DNA of 64,000 bases, from the NCBI GenBank assembly GCA_965201075.1, contig CBDAVP010000007.1, positions 62,001-126,000 of the forward strand. Direction: 5' to 3'. Position 1 is the stretch's first letter, and each line of letters opens with the position of its first letter. Position numbers and translations under genes: made by a program. The notes under the pieces were generated by a model. The model saw only the letters and a program-made list of their open reading frames with translations. It did no database searches and was not told where the DNA came from. The DNA comes from Isosphaeraceae bacterium (GTDB taxonomy: Bacteria > Planctomycetota > Planctomycetia > Isosphaerales > Isosphaeraceae). Shown here in pieces: positions 1 through 12,058 of the stretch.

Positions 1-545
<545 letters not shown>

Positions 546-820
546 ACGCCGACCCGGCGTCGCCGGTACGTCGTTTCTCGAAAAAAACGACGTCCCCTTG
601 ACGACCGAACCGGCCCTGGCCACCGCCCCGCCCTGCGACGGCCCGCGGCGTCTCTCGACGCGGCGGCCGCCTGAAGTTCGAGTAACGATCGCTCTCGAAG
701 GGCCAAAACTATCGGATCAATCTCCCCGCCAGTCTCAACGCGAGGCCCCCATCCCGCCGAGGCGAAACGACGACCCCGCACGATTCTGGCGGAGCATTGC
801 TCTACGTCACCGTCACCGGA

Positions 821-830
821 TTGTCAAAGA
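821..830 (-). promoter_or_regulatory. boxA-like antitermination element in the 16S-23S spacer
   Basis: TCTTTGACAA on the minus strand; identical 10-mer in the 16S leader at 2908-2917. Confidence 0.7.
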
Positions 831-1166
831 TCCCCGTCCACCCACGCCCACGAGCCCCACCCCGAAAGGTCGGCCACGCAGGCGCAAAATGCGAACGGCT
901 GGCCGCCGGCCAGGGGCTCAGCTCGTCCCCCCTCGCCAAAAAAGCAAAAGGGTCAACGAACCAGGCCCGCACCCGGCGGGTCATCGTTAGGATCGGTCCA
1001 CCATCCGCGGGAGAGGTCCCTCGAAAAACAGCCTGCGAAGCCCTTGGGTCTCGAAAGACTCAGGCGGGCCGATGCGGCCGAAGAGTCTCCGGTGGCAAGC
1101 CACCGAGTGATCTTCGAGCCTGGGGGTCCCGACCCCGAAGGATCGCCGACCCCGAATCATCCTTAG

Positions 1167-2690
<1,524 letters not shown>

Positions 2691-2907
2691 GGGCTTTGAG
2701 GAACTGAAAGACCCTTCGTTGCCGAAAGAGCCTCCAGCCCGCATCGCCTCCTCGTCAGGGCGAGGAAATGCTGATGTCGCTGCTGTACCGCCGATGCGAA
2801 CCCAAGTGAACGACCAGGCCCGAAGACCCAGCCTCTCCCAAAAGTCCACACCGAGGGCCTCGGCGGGCTGTCCCTCAAGGGACCTCTCTCGCGGACGATC
2901 GACCGAT

Positions 2908-2917
2908 TTGTCAAAGA
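2908..2917 (-). promoter_or_regulatory. boxA-like element in the rRNA leader
   Basis: TCTTTGACAA, same as the spacer copy. Confidence 0.7.
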
Positions 2918-3090
2918 ACCGACAACCGCGGCCGGGGCGACCGCTCCCTGTTTCCAGGGGGATCACACCGGCCTTTGTTCTGACCCCGAAGACAGTCCGT
3001 CCAAGTCGCAAGGCGACGGGCAGGCACAACCTTCCAAGCTCAGCGTCCCGCACCGTTCGCATGGCAGCGTTTGGCGACGGGACAGGGGTT

Positions 3091-3118
3091 ATCCTAACGG
3101 CGACTCGCCCCGGGTCAA
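3091..3118 (-). promoter_or_regulatory. sigma70-type rRNA promoter
   Basis: TTGACC-16 bp-TAGGAT on the minus strand about 400 bp upstream of 16S; a 16-bp spacer is typical of rrn promoters. Confidence 0.7.
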
Positions 3119-3299
3119 CACCCTGCCGAGAAAATTCCGTGAAGTCTCCGAAAGTCCAATCCAGCGATTCGTCGGTGCGAACCGACGACGCAATCGTGCG
3201 AGGCCGATACTGGGAGGATTGACCCGCCCATGCCGCCCCCCTAGGCTAAGTCCCTCTCACGTCTTCGGTGTTGGACAGCGATTTTCCTGGGGGTGGTCC

Positions 3300-4385
3300 G
3301 TGCGACCTCAACGCCGCGATTGCGTTTGGGCGGGTCTTTTGGTGCTGATCAGCCTTTGCGGTTGCAGCGGAACGGAGAACTCCAGCGGCTCGCTTCCCGG
3401 GGCCAACAAACGCCCCACGCCGGCCTCGGTCCATACGGTCAAGTTCGTTGGGTTCGACTCCAGCGGGCCACTCGTCGAGGCTCTGAAATCCGGGGAAATT
3501 CAGGGGTTGGTGCTGCAAGATCCCTATCGGATGGCTCAACTTTCGGTGAAGGCCGTGGTGGACCAACTGGAAAAGCGGCCGGTCGAGGCGAAGGTTTCCA
3601 CGGGAGAGACCCTGGCGACCCCCGACAACATGGCAAGCCCGGACGTGGAACGTCTGCTTCACGCTCCCAAGGAAAAAGGTCCGGCGGGCGGTCCGAGTGG
3701 CGCGAAAAAGAAGAAGTGGCGGGTGATGGTGATTCCCAAGGGCCTGACCCACGAACACTGGCAGACCGTCCACGCCGGGGCGTTGAAAGCGGCCGAGGAA
3801 CTCGGCAACGTCGAGGTGATCTGGCTAGGACCGGAGAAGGAAAGCGACCGGGCCCAGCAGGTCCAACTCGTCCGGACAGCGATTGGCACCGGGGTCGATG
3901 GGATCGTCCTCGCCCCTCTCGATTCCGAAGCCCTGGTGGCGCCGGTCGAGGAGGCGATTGCCAAGGGGATCAGCGTGGTGATCTTCGATTCGTCGCTTCA
4001 CTCGACGAAGCCGGTCAGTTTCATCGCCACCGACAACTACCACGGAGGGGTTCTGGCGGCCTGGCGGCTTGCCGATGTGCTTGGTGGCGAGGGAAAAATC
4101 ATCATGATGCGTTACATGATCAACTCGGCCGCCACCGACGATCGAGAAAAGGGGTTCGAGGAGACGATCAGCAAGGAATTCCCGAAGCTGAAATTCCTGG
4201 ATAAGAGTCGCTACGCGGGTGCCACCGCCGACACGGCGCAAAAGGAAGCCCAGAACGTCGTGGCGAGATATCGGGATCAGGTGGACGGGATTTACTGTCC
4301 GAATGAGTCGAGCACCTTCGGCATGCTGCGGGCGTTGCAGGAGGCCGGAATGGTCAAGCCGACGACGATGGTCGCCAAGCCGTGA
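3300..4385 (+). CDS. Sugar ABC transporter substrate-binding lipoprotein (RbsB-like, type I), apparently circularly permuted
   Basis: Lipobox LCGC after a hydrophobic stretch; motifs VIPKG..HEHW, DGIVLAP, FIATDNYHGG, GIYCPNES and VKFVGFD..GLVLQDPY; GTG 3300 chosen as start (ORF opens at 3219); overlaps the ATPase start (GTGA). Confidence 0.9.
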   Translation: MRPQRRDCVWAGLLVLISLCGCSGTENSSGSLPGANKRPTPASVHTVKFVGFDSSGPLVEALKSGEIQGLVLQDPYRMAQLSVKAVVDQLEKRPVEAKVSTGETLATPDNMASPDVERLLHAPKEKGPAGGPSGAKKKKWRVMVIPKGLTHEHWQTVHAGALKAAEELGNVEVIWLGPEKESDRAQQVQLVRTAIGTGVDGIVLAPLDSEALVAPVEEAIAKGISVVIFDSSLHSTKPVSFIATDNYHGGVLAAWRLADVLGGEGKIIMMRYMINSAATDDREKGFEETISKEFPKLKFLDKSRYAGATADTAQKEAQNVVARYRDQVDGIYCPNESSTFGMLRALQEAGMVKPTTMVAKP

Positions 4386-5872
4386 CCGCAATCGGCCCGT
4401 TGCTGGAGATGCGTGACGTCCGCAAGGCGTTTGGGCCGAGCCGGGCGCTCGATGGCGTCTCGCTTGACCTGTATCCCGGCGAGGTCCACGCGCTGATCGG
4501 CGAGAATGGCGCGGGCAAGAGCACACTGATGAAAGTGCTCAGCGGAGCCTACCGTCCCGACTCCGGGTCGATGAGCCTCAACGCCGAGCCCTACGCGCCC
4601 AAGGGGCCGAAGGAGGCGCGGGCCCGCGGCGTGGCGATGATTTATCAGGAGTTGACGATCGCGCCAGACCTGACGGTTGAGGCCAACGTCATGCTCGGCC
4701 AGGAGCGGACCACGGTGGGCCTGCTTCGTGGGGGAGAGCATCGGGCGCTGGTTCGTCGGGCCTTGAAGGAACTCGGGCATGAAGACCTTTCCCCGCACGC
4801 GATCGCCGGGCGACTGAGCGTGGGCCTTCAGCAAGTGGTGGAGGTGGCTCGCGCCCTGGTCTCCGACGTGAGAGTCATCGTCTTCGACGAGCCGACGAGC
4901 TCGCTGACCGAGCGCGACGCCCAACGGCTCTTCGGGGTGATCGGAGCCTTGCAGTCGCGGGGGCTGGCGATCGTCTACATCAGTCACTTCCTGGAGGAAG
5001 TTGGCCGCGTGGCCCAGCGGTTCACGGTTCTGAGGGACGGCCGAACGGTGGCCTCGGGCGGGATGGCCGGGACGACTCAGGCCGAGATCATCGCCAAGAT
5101 GGTGGGACGTGACCTTGAAGAGTTGTTTCCCAGGGTCGAGCGTGCGGTCGGCGAGCCGCTGCTGGAACTGGCGGACCTTAAAGGCCTGGTCTTGCCCCGG
5201 CAGGCCAATCTGGTCCTCCGTCGCGGCGAAGTCCTGGGGATCGCGGGCCTGGTGGGCGCGGGTCGGACGGAGTTGCTGAGAACCATCTACGGGCTGGAGC
5301 CAGTGCGACGGGGGCACGTCAAGGTCGCCGGGTCCGAGGCGGGCGTCTTGACGCCGAAGTCCCAAATCCGCCGGGGGCTCGGCTTTGTCAGTGAAGACCG
5401 CAAGGTGGAGGGGCTGGCGCTGCGGCGGTCGATCGAGGACAACCTGACCTATTCGGCGCTCTCAAGATACGGCAACGCCTGGCTCAACCTGCGTCGCAGA
5501 CGGGCGGAGGCGTCTCGTTGGATGGAAGCGTTGAAGGTAAAGGCCCAGGGGCCCGTTCAGGCGGTTGGCGACCTTTCCGGCGGCAACCAGCAAAAGGTGG
5601 CGATTGCCCGCCTGCTTCACCAACAAGCCGATGTCTTGCTGCTGGACGAGCCCACTCGGGGCATCGACGTCGGCTCCAAGGCCGAGATTTACCGGCTCAT
5701 CGGCGAGATGGCTGCGCAGGGAAAAGCCATCCTCATGGTCAGTTCCTACCTTCCCGAACTCCTGGGAGTCTGCGACCGAGTGGCGGTCATGTCCCGTGGT
5801 GTTCTCAGCCCCGCCCGGCCCGTCGCGGAGTGGACCGAACACGCGATCATGGAAGTCGCGACGGGGGGCTGA
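4382..5872 (+). CDS. Sugar ABC transporter ATP-binding protein (RbsA/MglA type, two ABC domains)
   Basis: GENGAGKS Walker A, VFDEPT, LSGGNQQKV, LLDEPTRGIDVG. Confidence 0.97.
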   Translation: MTAIGPLLEMRDVRKAFGPSRALDGVSLDLYPGEVHALIGENGAGKSTLMKVLSGAYRPDSGSMSLNAEPYAPKGPKEARARGVAMIYQELTIAPDLTVEANVMLGQERTTVGLLRGGEHRALVRRALKELGHEDLSPHAIAGRLSVGLQQVVEVARALVSDVRVIVFDEPTSSLTERDAQRLFGVIGALQSRGLAIVYISHFLEEVGRVAQRFTVLRDGRTVASGGMAGTTQAEIIAKMVGRDLEELFPRVERAVGEPLLELADLKGLVLPRQANLVLRRGEVLGIAGLVGAGRTELLRTIYGLEPVRRGHVKVAGSEAGVLTPKSQIRRGLGFVSEDRKVEGLALRRSIEDNLTYSALSRYGNAWLNLRRRRAEASRWMEALKVKAQGPVQAVGDLSGGNQQKVAIARLLHQQADVLLLDEPTRGIDVGSKAEIYRLIGEMAAQGKAILMVSSYLPELLGVCDRVAVMSRGVLSPARPVAEWTEHAIMEVATGG

Positions 5873-5910
5873 CGACCCAGGAACTTTCGAAGCGACAATG
5901 GCCGAGAGAA

Positions 5911-6531
5911 TCACTCCGCCTCGTCGTCGGTCCAGCGATCGGCCAGGGCGAAGAGACGTTCCAGCGGCAGTTCGAAGCCGGGAAGCAGCGGCGTGGCGAA
6001 CGTCTCGCCTTCCAGGAAGATCCGTTCCTCATCGCCTTCGTCCCGGAAGCGGATGGCCGTCAGGGTGCGTTGGAAGCGGTCGAAGATCCAATTTTCCTTG
6101 GCGCCGAGGTCGCGGTATTCCGCCCGTTTGACCTCGTGGTCACGACGACGATTCGTGCGTCCTTTCGAGACGAATTCGACGACGATCGTCGGGATCTCGT
6201 CGACCTTGGAGAGTCAGCCCAGGCCCGCCCAGATGACGCGGTCGGGCCGGCGTCGATGCAATGGGAAGCGGACGACCTCCTCGGGCAAGGTCGCATCTAG
6301 CGGCGAGCCTTGGGAATGGTCGTCTTGATAATTCCGAAGCAGTCGACCCAACTCCTCGTTGGGGTCACGCTCCATCTTGCGAGGGGTTGGCGACACGATG
6401 AGCATCCCGTGGATCAATTCGTAACGCCAACCTCGCTGGTCAAGGGCCGAGTCGAATTCCTCGGGGGTCAACGGCAAGCCGGCGCTGTAGGGTCCAAGGC
6501 GAAGCCGCGGGATTGGCGGGGTGATGGTCAT
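5911..6531 (-). pseudogene. Uma2 (DUF820, PD-(D/E)xK) family endonuclease with an in-frame TGA at 6214-6216
   Basis: RBS GGGAGGAG then MTITPP..RYELIHGMLIVSPTP..RRPDRVIWAGLG*LSKVDEIPTIVVEFVS..RDHEVKRAEY..WIFDRF..TPLLPGFELPLERLF; the frame continues past the stop to TGA at 5911. Confidence 0.85.
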
Positions 6532-6625
6532 TGTTGATCTCCTCCCTCTCAAGGGTGCCGAGCCAATCCTAGCCGAGGCGATTCTCAAGGGTCGAGGGAA
6601 TCGCGGCCGCAGGACTGGCGGCGGC

Positions 6626-6654
6626 TTGAGGACCCGGAGCGCGCGTCATACGAT
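6626..6654 (+). promoter_or_regulatory. Putative sigma70 promoter for the permease
   Basis: TTGAGG-17 bp-TACGAT upstream of the probable permease start. Confidence 0.45.
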
Positions 6655-6721
6655 GGCGCCCCACGTTCGAGCCGGGCCGGCGAATCCGTCCCCCCGCGAC
6701 GTGTCGACCGAGGGCACCTTC

Positions 6722-7825
6722 GTGGGCGTGGACCAAAGTCAATCGGTCGGATCAAGATCCGGCGCCGCCACCTGGAAGGGGACCCTGTCGGCGGCCTGGA
6801 GCGTGCTGGGGCCCTTTGTCGGCCTGGCGTTGATCACCGGGCTGTTCGCGTTCCTGACCCGCGACTCGGGCACGTTCTTGACCGCCTACACCTGGAGGAC
6901 CATCGTCACCCAGACGGTGGTGGTGGCCACGGCGGCTCTGGGAATGACGATCATCATGATCGCCGGGGGAATCGACCTCTCGGTCGGCTCGGTGGTGGCC
7001 CTGGTGACGGTGGCGTTGGCGTCGCTCGTCAATGGAGTGACCATCGTCGTTCCCGAAACGCTGCTGACTCTCCCCCTGCCCGCCGCGCTCGCCGGCGCGG
7101 AATGGCATCTTCCCAAGATCCCGATGGCGATCGCGATATTCGCCGGGGTCTTGCTTGGTGGACTGTGCGGGCTCGTCAATGGGAGTCTGATCACTGGCCT
7201 GCGAGTGGTCCCGTTCATCATCACCCTGGGGACGCTCAAGGCGTTCCGGGGGGTGGCGAAGTGGGTTTCCGGCAACAACACGGTCAACATCCCGGCGGCC
7301 GACCGCCCCTGGTGGTTCGACCGCCCTTTGCGGATCGAACCGGAGCCGACCTGGCTGATCGTGGCCCCCGGCGTCTGGTTGTTGCTGGGTTTATGCTTGC
7401 TACTCGCGGTCGCGTTGCGATCCAGCTTGCTGGGCCGCTACGCCTTCGCGGTCGGCTCCAATGAAGCGACCGCCCGACTCTGCGGGGTGGGGGTTTCTCG
7501 GGTGAAGATTGCCGTCTACGGAATCGCCGGGCTATTCGCGGGTCTGGCCGGGGTCATGCAGTTCCTCCAATTGACCGTCGGCGACCCCACCACCGCCGAC
7601 GGGCTGGAACTCCAGGTGATCGCGGCGGTGGTCATCGGCGGGGGTAGCCTTTCCGGAGGCGAGGGGTCGGTCCTGGGGACTTTGATCGGCTGCCTCATCA
7701 TCGGGGTCCTCAACGCCGGGTGTACCCACGCCGGCATCCCCAACGCCACCCAGGACGTCATCATCGGCACAATCATCGTGGCCGCGGTGGCCCTGGACCG
7801 GCTCCGCCGCCGAGACCCCGCCTGA
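6722..7825 (+). CDS. Sugar ABC transporter permease (RbsC family)
   Basis: GGIDLSVGS, VVPFIITLG, GRYAFAVGSNEATARLCGV, ELQVIAAVVIGGGSLSGGEG; start uncertain (GTG 6701 or 6722; ORF opens at 6521). Confidence 0.93.
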   Translation: MGVDQSQSVGSRSGAATWKGTLSAAWSVLGPFVGLALITGLFAFLTRDSGTFLTAYTWRTIVTQTVVVATAALGMTIIMIAGGIDLSVGSVVALVTVALASLVNGVTIVVPETLLTLPLPAALAGAEWHLPKIPMAIAIFAGVLLGGLCGLVNGSLITGLRVVPFIITLGTLKAFRGVAKWVSGNNTVNIPAADRPWWFDRPLRIEPEPTWLIVAPGVWLLLGLCLLLAVALRSSLLGRYAFAVGSNEATARLCGVGVSRVKIAVYGIAGLFAGLAGVMQFLQLTVGDPTTADGLELQVIAAVVIGGGSLSGGEGSVLGTLIGCLIIGVLNAGCTHAGIPNATQDVIIGTIIVAAVALDRLRRRDPA

Positions 7826-7955
7826 CCCTCGCGATTCCAACCGGCCGTGCCGAGTCGGGGGTTTCGCGAGTCCACCGCCGAGTTATGATGAAGGAGCGAC
7901 GTCCCTTCCTGTCTTTTCTTTTGCGTCGATCCGATCCGACCCGGGGTATCTCGTC

Positions 7956-8726
7956 ATGGCCAGGTCCTTGGTCGTGTGTGGGATGTGTCTTGTCGTGATG
8001 AACTGGGCACGGGTCCATCGCGCCGCGGAGGCCGAGGGTCGGCCCGACTCCCCCAGGCTCTCGGTGATTGGGCGTGGGCGGGTGCTGGCCAAGGCCGACG
8101 TTGCCGAAATTAGCCTGGTCCTCCTCTGCCGGGGAGAGTCGGCCCGCGAGGCGATGAAGACTGGCGAGGCCTCGATCCGAACCCTTGCCGAGTCGCTCAA
8201 GCCTCGAGGAGTCTCCGAGACGGACATCCGCTCGATCCACGTGAGTGTCGAGTCCCGATTCGCTCATCGGGCTCGCGAAGGGTCGCCCGCCGCGCCCGAC
8301 TCGGGCCCACCCGTCGTGAAGCAAGTGGGCTACCAGATTTGCCATTCGGTGCGGATCACCACGCGGGACCTGGAACAACTCGGGCCGATTTTGGATGAAC
8401 TGGTCCACTCCGGCGAGTTGCAAGTCCACGGGGTCGCCTTCCTGTTCGACAACCCCGAGACCCTGCTGGATCAGGCCCGTCGCCAAGCCGTGGCCGACGC
8501 CCGTCGCAAGGCCGAATTGTTCGCCGGCGCCGCCAACCTGGAGGTCGACGACCTGGTCAGTCTCCACGAAGTCGTCGCCCCCCCGCCGACGGGCCGCGCG
8601 ATCGGTCTTCACGAGATGGCCCGAGGGGTTCCCGCGACCGATGGCCTGCTGGTCCCCGACGCCCGTGAACAGGAACTCAGCTCGACGATCGAGGTCGTCT
8701 ACAAACTCCACGCCCCAAAGGGCTAA
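7956..8726 (+). CDS. SIMPL domain (DUF541) protein
   Basis: Signal peptide; LSVIGRGRV..ADVAEISL, ARRQAVADARRKAELFA..LEVDDLVSL. Confidence 0.85.
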   Translation: MARSLVVCGMCLVVMNWARVHRAAEAEGRPDSPRLSVIGRGRVLAKADVAEISLVLLCRGESAREAMKTGEASIRTLAESLKPRGVSETDIRSIHVSVESRFAHRAREGSPAAPDSGPPVVKQVGYQICHSVRITTRDLEQLGPILDELVHSGELQVHGVAFLFDNPETLLDQARRQAVADARRKAELFAGAANLEVDDLVSLHEVVAPPPTGRAIGLHEMARGVPATDGLLVPDAREQELSSTIEVVYKLHAPKG

Positions 8727-9027
8727 ACTCCCCGAGGGATCGGAGTTCCGACGCAGCTCCATCCTCGACCGCGTCAGGCGGGGCTGACGGGTTGGGTGGT
8801 CGAGGCGGCCCCGGCGTTGGGATTCAAGCGCGTGGGTCTCGCGAACCGACCTTCAGGTTGACGGTCTCGTGGTCCGGCACTACCATGCCGCGTCCCCTGG
8901 ACCCACCCCGGACAACGGAGGTCCGGGCCCGACGTTCATCGGGCGCCGAGGCGTGGCGTCTTGGTCGGGATGCGCCGTGATCGGCCGGGCGAGCCGCTCG
9001 CCCGGGCCTTTGGGAACGCGACCGCGC

Positions 9028-10563
9028 ATGGCCATCACGACCACCACCGCCCGGCCCCTCAGGCTCCGCGCCCGCGCTCGACCACGCTCCGAATGCCTTG
9101 ACACCCCGAACGCCCCAAACTCCGGTCCCCCCCAACCGGAGCCCCCCCAGCCTCGGCGGATGGCGCGGAACTTCGCCGCCCTGAGCCTGGCCGAAATCGT
9201 CTGTCGGGCAATCTCCGTGGTGGTGATGCTCACCCTGGCCCGACGCCTCGGAACCGACGCCCAGGGCAAGGTCGAGTTCGCCTTCAACATCGTCTTTTGG
9301 CTGGTGCTCCTGGTCCGCGATGGACTGGAGATCATCGCCGCTCGGGAGATCGCCCGGCACCCCCGGTTGATCCGCCACCTGGTCAACCATGTCCTGGCCG
9401 TCAAGTTGATGCTCGCCACTGCGCTGTTCACCGCGCTGGGGGTCATCAACTGGGCAACGCTCTCTGGGCCCGCCGAACGCGCCGTTCTGGCCCTCTATGG
9501 GCTGATGCTGTTCACCACGGCGCTGGGTCTCGACTTCGTTTACCGAGGTCTGGAACGGATGGGGCTGGTCGCCGCGTCCCTGACGATTCGGACGGCGACC
9601 TATGCCGTCGGGGTACTCCTCCTGGTGACATCTCCCTCGCGAATCGTCTGGGTTCCCGCCTGCCTGGTCGTGGGCGAGGCCTGCGGAATCGCTTTGGTCT
9701 GGGCCGCTTACATCCGAGCTTATGGCTGGCCGAAGCCGGCGCTCGGCCGTCAGTCGTTGCGTGTTCTGCTACGCAGGGGACGGCCGGTTTATGCCATCCA
9801 AGTTTCGTCGGCGGTCATCGGTTCGGCCGACCTCCTCGTCGTGGGACTTCTGAGCGGGTGGGCCGATGTGGGAATCTACAGCGTCCCCCACCGGATGGCC
9901 GGCGCGGTCCTGACCTTCGGGCTCATCGTCCAGCAGGTCATCTTCCCCGCCCTGGCCCGCTCCTGGAGAGACGCCCCCGATGCCGGCCGCAGGGCTCTCG
10001 ACGCCTCGGTCCGCTTCTTGATGATGGGACTGGTGCCCCTGGCCGTGGGAGCCACGACGCTGGCGGTGCCGCTGGTCGACGTGCTGAACCTCCCCGCGGC
10101 CTACGATGACGCGGCCCTCCTCCTGGCATTGGGCGTCTGGCGAGCCCCGTTGCTGACCCTGGCGTTCCTTTACCAGACGGCCCTGATCGCCGTCGGGCGC
10201 GAATCCGCCGGCGTGAAGCTCCTGGCCGGAGGTGCGATCGCCGCGGCCCCCCTGGCGGCGGCCCTGCGCCTCGCGTGGGGCCTGCCAGGCGCCGCGGCGG
10301 CGGTGGTCCTGGTCGCCTTCACGCTGGTTGTGGCCGGTTACCGCCTGCTGGCCAGGGAAGGCCGTCAACCCGCCTGGCACCACCATCTGGCCCGCCCCCT
10401 GCTGGCGTCGGCGGTCATGGTTCCCGCCTGCCTCTTCCTTCAGCGTTGGCACGTCGTGGCGGCGGTCGCCGGTGGGGCCGCCGTTTACGGCCTGGCCCTC
10501 GTCGCTCTCGGTGGCCTGCGTCCGGGCGACCCGCGGACCCTCCTGGGCCGGTCCTGGGACTGA
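9028..10563 (+). CDS. Wzx-like oligosaccharide flippase
   Basis: RNFAALSLAEIVCR..LARRLG; about 14 hydrophobic segments; DLLVVGLLSGWADVGIYS; start uncertain (ATG 9028 or 9160). Confidence 0.85.
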   Translation: MAITTTTARPLRLRARARPRSECLDTPNAPNSGPPQPEPPQPRRMARNFAALSLAEIVCRAISVVVMLTLARRLGTDAQGKVEFAFNIVFWLVLLVRDGLEIIAAREIARHPRLIRHLVNHVLAVKLMLATALFTALGVINWATLSGPAERAVLALYGLMLFTTALGLDFVYRGLERMGLVAASLTIRTATYAVGVLLLVTSPSRIVWVPACLVVGEACGIALVWAAYIRAYGWPKPALGRQSLRVLLRRGRPVYAIQVSSAVIGSADLLVVGLLSGWADVGIYSVPHRMAGAVLTFGLIVQQVIFPALARSWRDAPDAGRRALDASVRFLMMGLVPLAVGATTLAVPLVDVLNLPAAYDDAALLLALGVWRAPLLTLAFLYQTALIAVGRESAGVKLLAGGAIAAAPLAAALRLAWGLPGAAAAVVLVAFTLVVAGYRLLAREGRQPAWHHHLARPLLASAVMVPACLFLQRWHVVAAVAGGAAVYGLALVALGGLRPGDPRTLLGRSWD

Positions 10564-10768
10564 ACGACCCCGAACCACTCGGACCTCGATCGCGTCACCG
10601 GACCCCCCGAAGCCGGTCTGGTGTCTTCGAGTCGAATGTGTTACCCAAGTGCCGCGCCTCCGCGACCCGACCACGCGGGCCGACCCGCCCAGGGATGGGC
10701 TGGTTCCCCTTTGTCGTCGGATCGAACCAGGAAGGGCGAGCCCCGCGTCGACGTCAGGGAGGACGCCG

Positions 10769-12058
10769 TTGAAATTCTGCATGGTCACCACGTTCTTCGG
10801 CGCCCATAGCTTCGGCGGCGACGCCGCGTACGTCGACCGCCTCTCCCGAGCGCTGGCCCGACGGGGCCACGAGGTCCACGTCCTCCACTGCGGCGACGCC
10901 TTCGAGGCCGTGCGCGGCAAGCATCCCCTGCGGCCCTACGAACCACCCCCCGGCGTCCACGTCCACCGCCTGGAGAGCCGCTTCGGCATCCTCTCGCCGC
11001 TGGCGACGCAGGTCACCGGCCGCCCCTACTTCAAGGCCGAGGCCCTTCGCCAGGCCCTCGACGCGGTCGATGTCGACGTCGTCCACTTCCATAACATCTC
11101 GCTGGTCGGCGGCCCCGGCGTCCTCCACATGGGCCGTCGTGCCGTCCGGCTGATGACCGCTCACGAACACTGGCTGATCTGCCCGATGCACCTGCTCTGG
11201 AAATACGACCGCAAGCCCTGCGACTCGGCCCAGTGCATCAAATGCAGCCTCGCCGGCCGACGGCCCCCGCAGGTCTGGCGCTACACCGGGGCGATCGACC
11301 GGGGCCTCCAGCAACTCGATGCCCTGGCCTTCCCCAGCCGTCACGCCCTGGAGGAGCATCGCCGAAGGGGTATCGGCGTGCCGCTCGTCCACTTGCCCTA
11401 CTTCCTGCCCGACGACTGGTCCGGCGGCATCGAGGACGAGGAACCCGCCCACACCCCCCGCCCCTACCTCGCCGCCGCCGGTCGTTTGGTCCGCATGAAG
11501 GGGTTCCAGCGACTCATCCCCCTCATGCGTTACCTACCCCACGTCGACCTGCGGATCGCCGGGACCGGGCCTTATGAGTCGACCCTCCGCGCCCTCGCCA
11601 AGGGATTGCCCAACGTCCACTTCGAGGGGCTGCTTGGCGGCAACGCTCTGGCCCGCCTGTTCCACGGTGCGCGGGCGGTGGTCGTCCCCTCGCTGTTCCC
11701 CGAAACCTTCGGCTACGTCGTCCTGGAAGCCTTCGCGGTCCGGACCCCGGTCATCGTCCACCTCGGAGGCGGGGCGCTCGGCGAGACCGGGGTCGCCAGC
11801 GGCGGCGGCCTCGGCTACCGCGACGACGCCGAACTCCTGCTGGCGATGCGCCGGCTGGTCCACGACGACGACCTTCGCGACGAACTCGGCGACCGCGGCT
11901 ACGCGATGCGCACCGCGGAATGGTCCGAGGCCGCCCACCTTGACCGCTACTTCGCCCTGATTCATGGACTGCGGTCCGGCCGGTCCATTCCCGTCCCCCA
12001 CTACCCGGCCGTGACCTCACGCGCCCCCGCCCCGGAATCCGACCGGGCCCAACGATGA
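10769..12058 (+). CDS. Glycosyltransferase family 4
   Basis: RBS GGGAGG plus TTG; GGDAAYV..LARRGHEVHV, GRLVRMKG, PSLFPETFGYVVLEAFA (EX7E motif). Confidence 0.92.
   Translation: MKFCMVTTFFGAHSFGGDAAYVDRLSRALARRGHEVHVLHCGDAFEAVRGKHPLRPYEPPPGVHVHRLESRFGILSPLATQVTGRPYFKAEALRQALDAVDVDVVHFHNISLVGGPGVLHMGRRAVRLMTAHEHWLICPMHLLWKYDRKPCDSAQCIKCSLAGRRPPQVWRYTGAIDRGLQQLDALAFPSRHALEEHRRRGIGVPLVHLPYFLPDDWSGGIEDEEPAHTPRPYLAAAGRLVRMKGFQRLIPLMRYLPHVDLRIAGTGPYESTLRALAKGLPNVHFEGLLGGNALARLFHGARAVVVPSLFPETFGYVVLEAFAVRTPVIVHLGGGALGETGVASGGGLGYRDDAELLLAMRRLVHDDDLRDELGDRGYAMRTAEWSEAAHLDRYFALIHGLRSGRSIPVPHYPAVTSRAPAPESDRAQR

Noticed and set aside
6214..6216. In-frame TGA read as selenocysteine or programmed read-through
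   Set aside because: The position fits Arg (CGA) rather than a catalytic Cys, and no convincing SECIS-like hairpin follows
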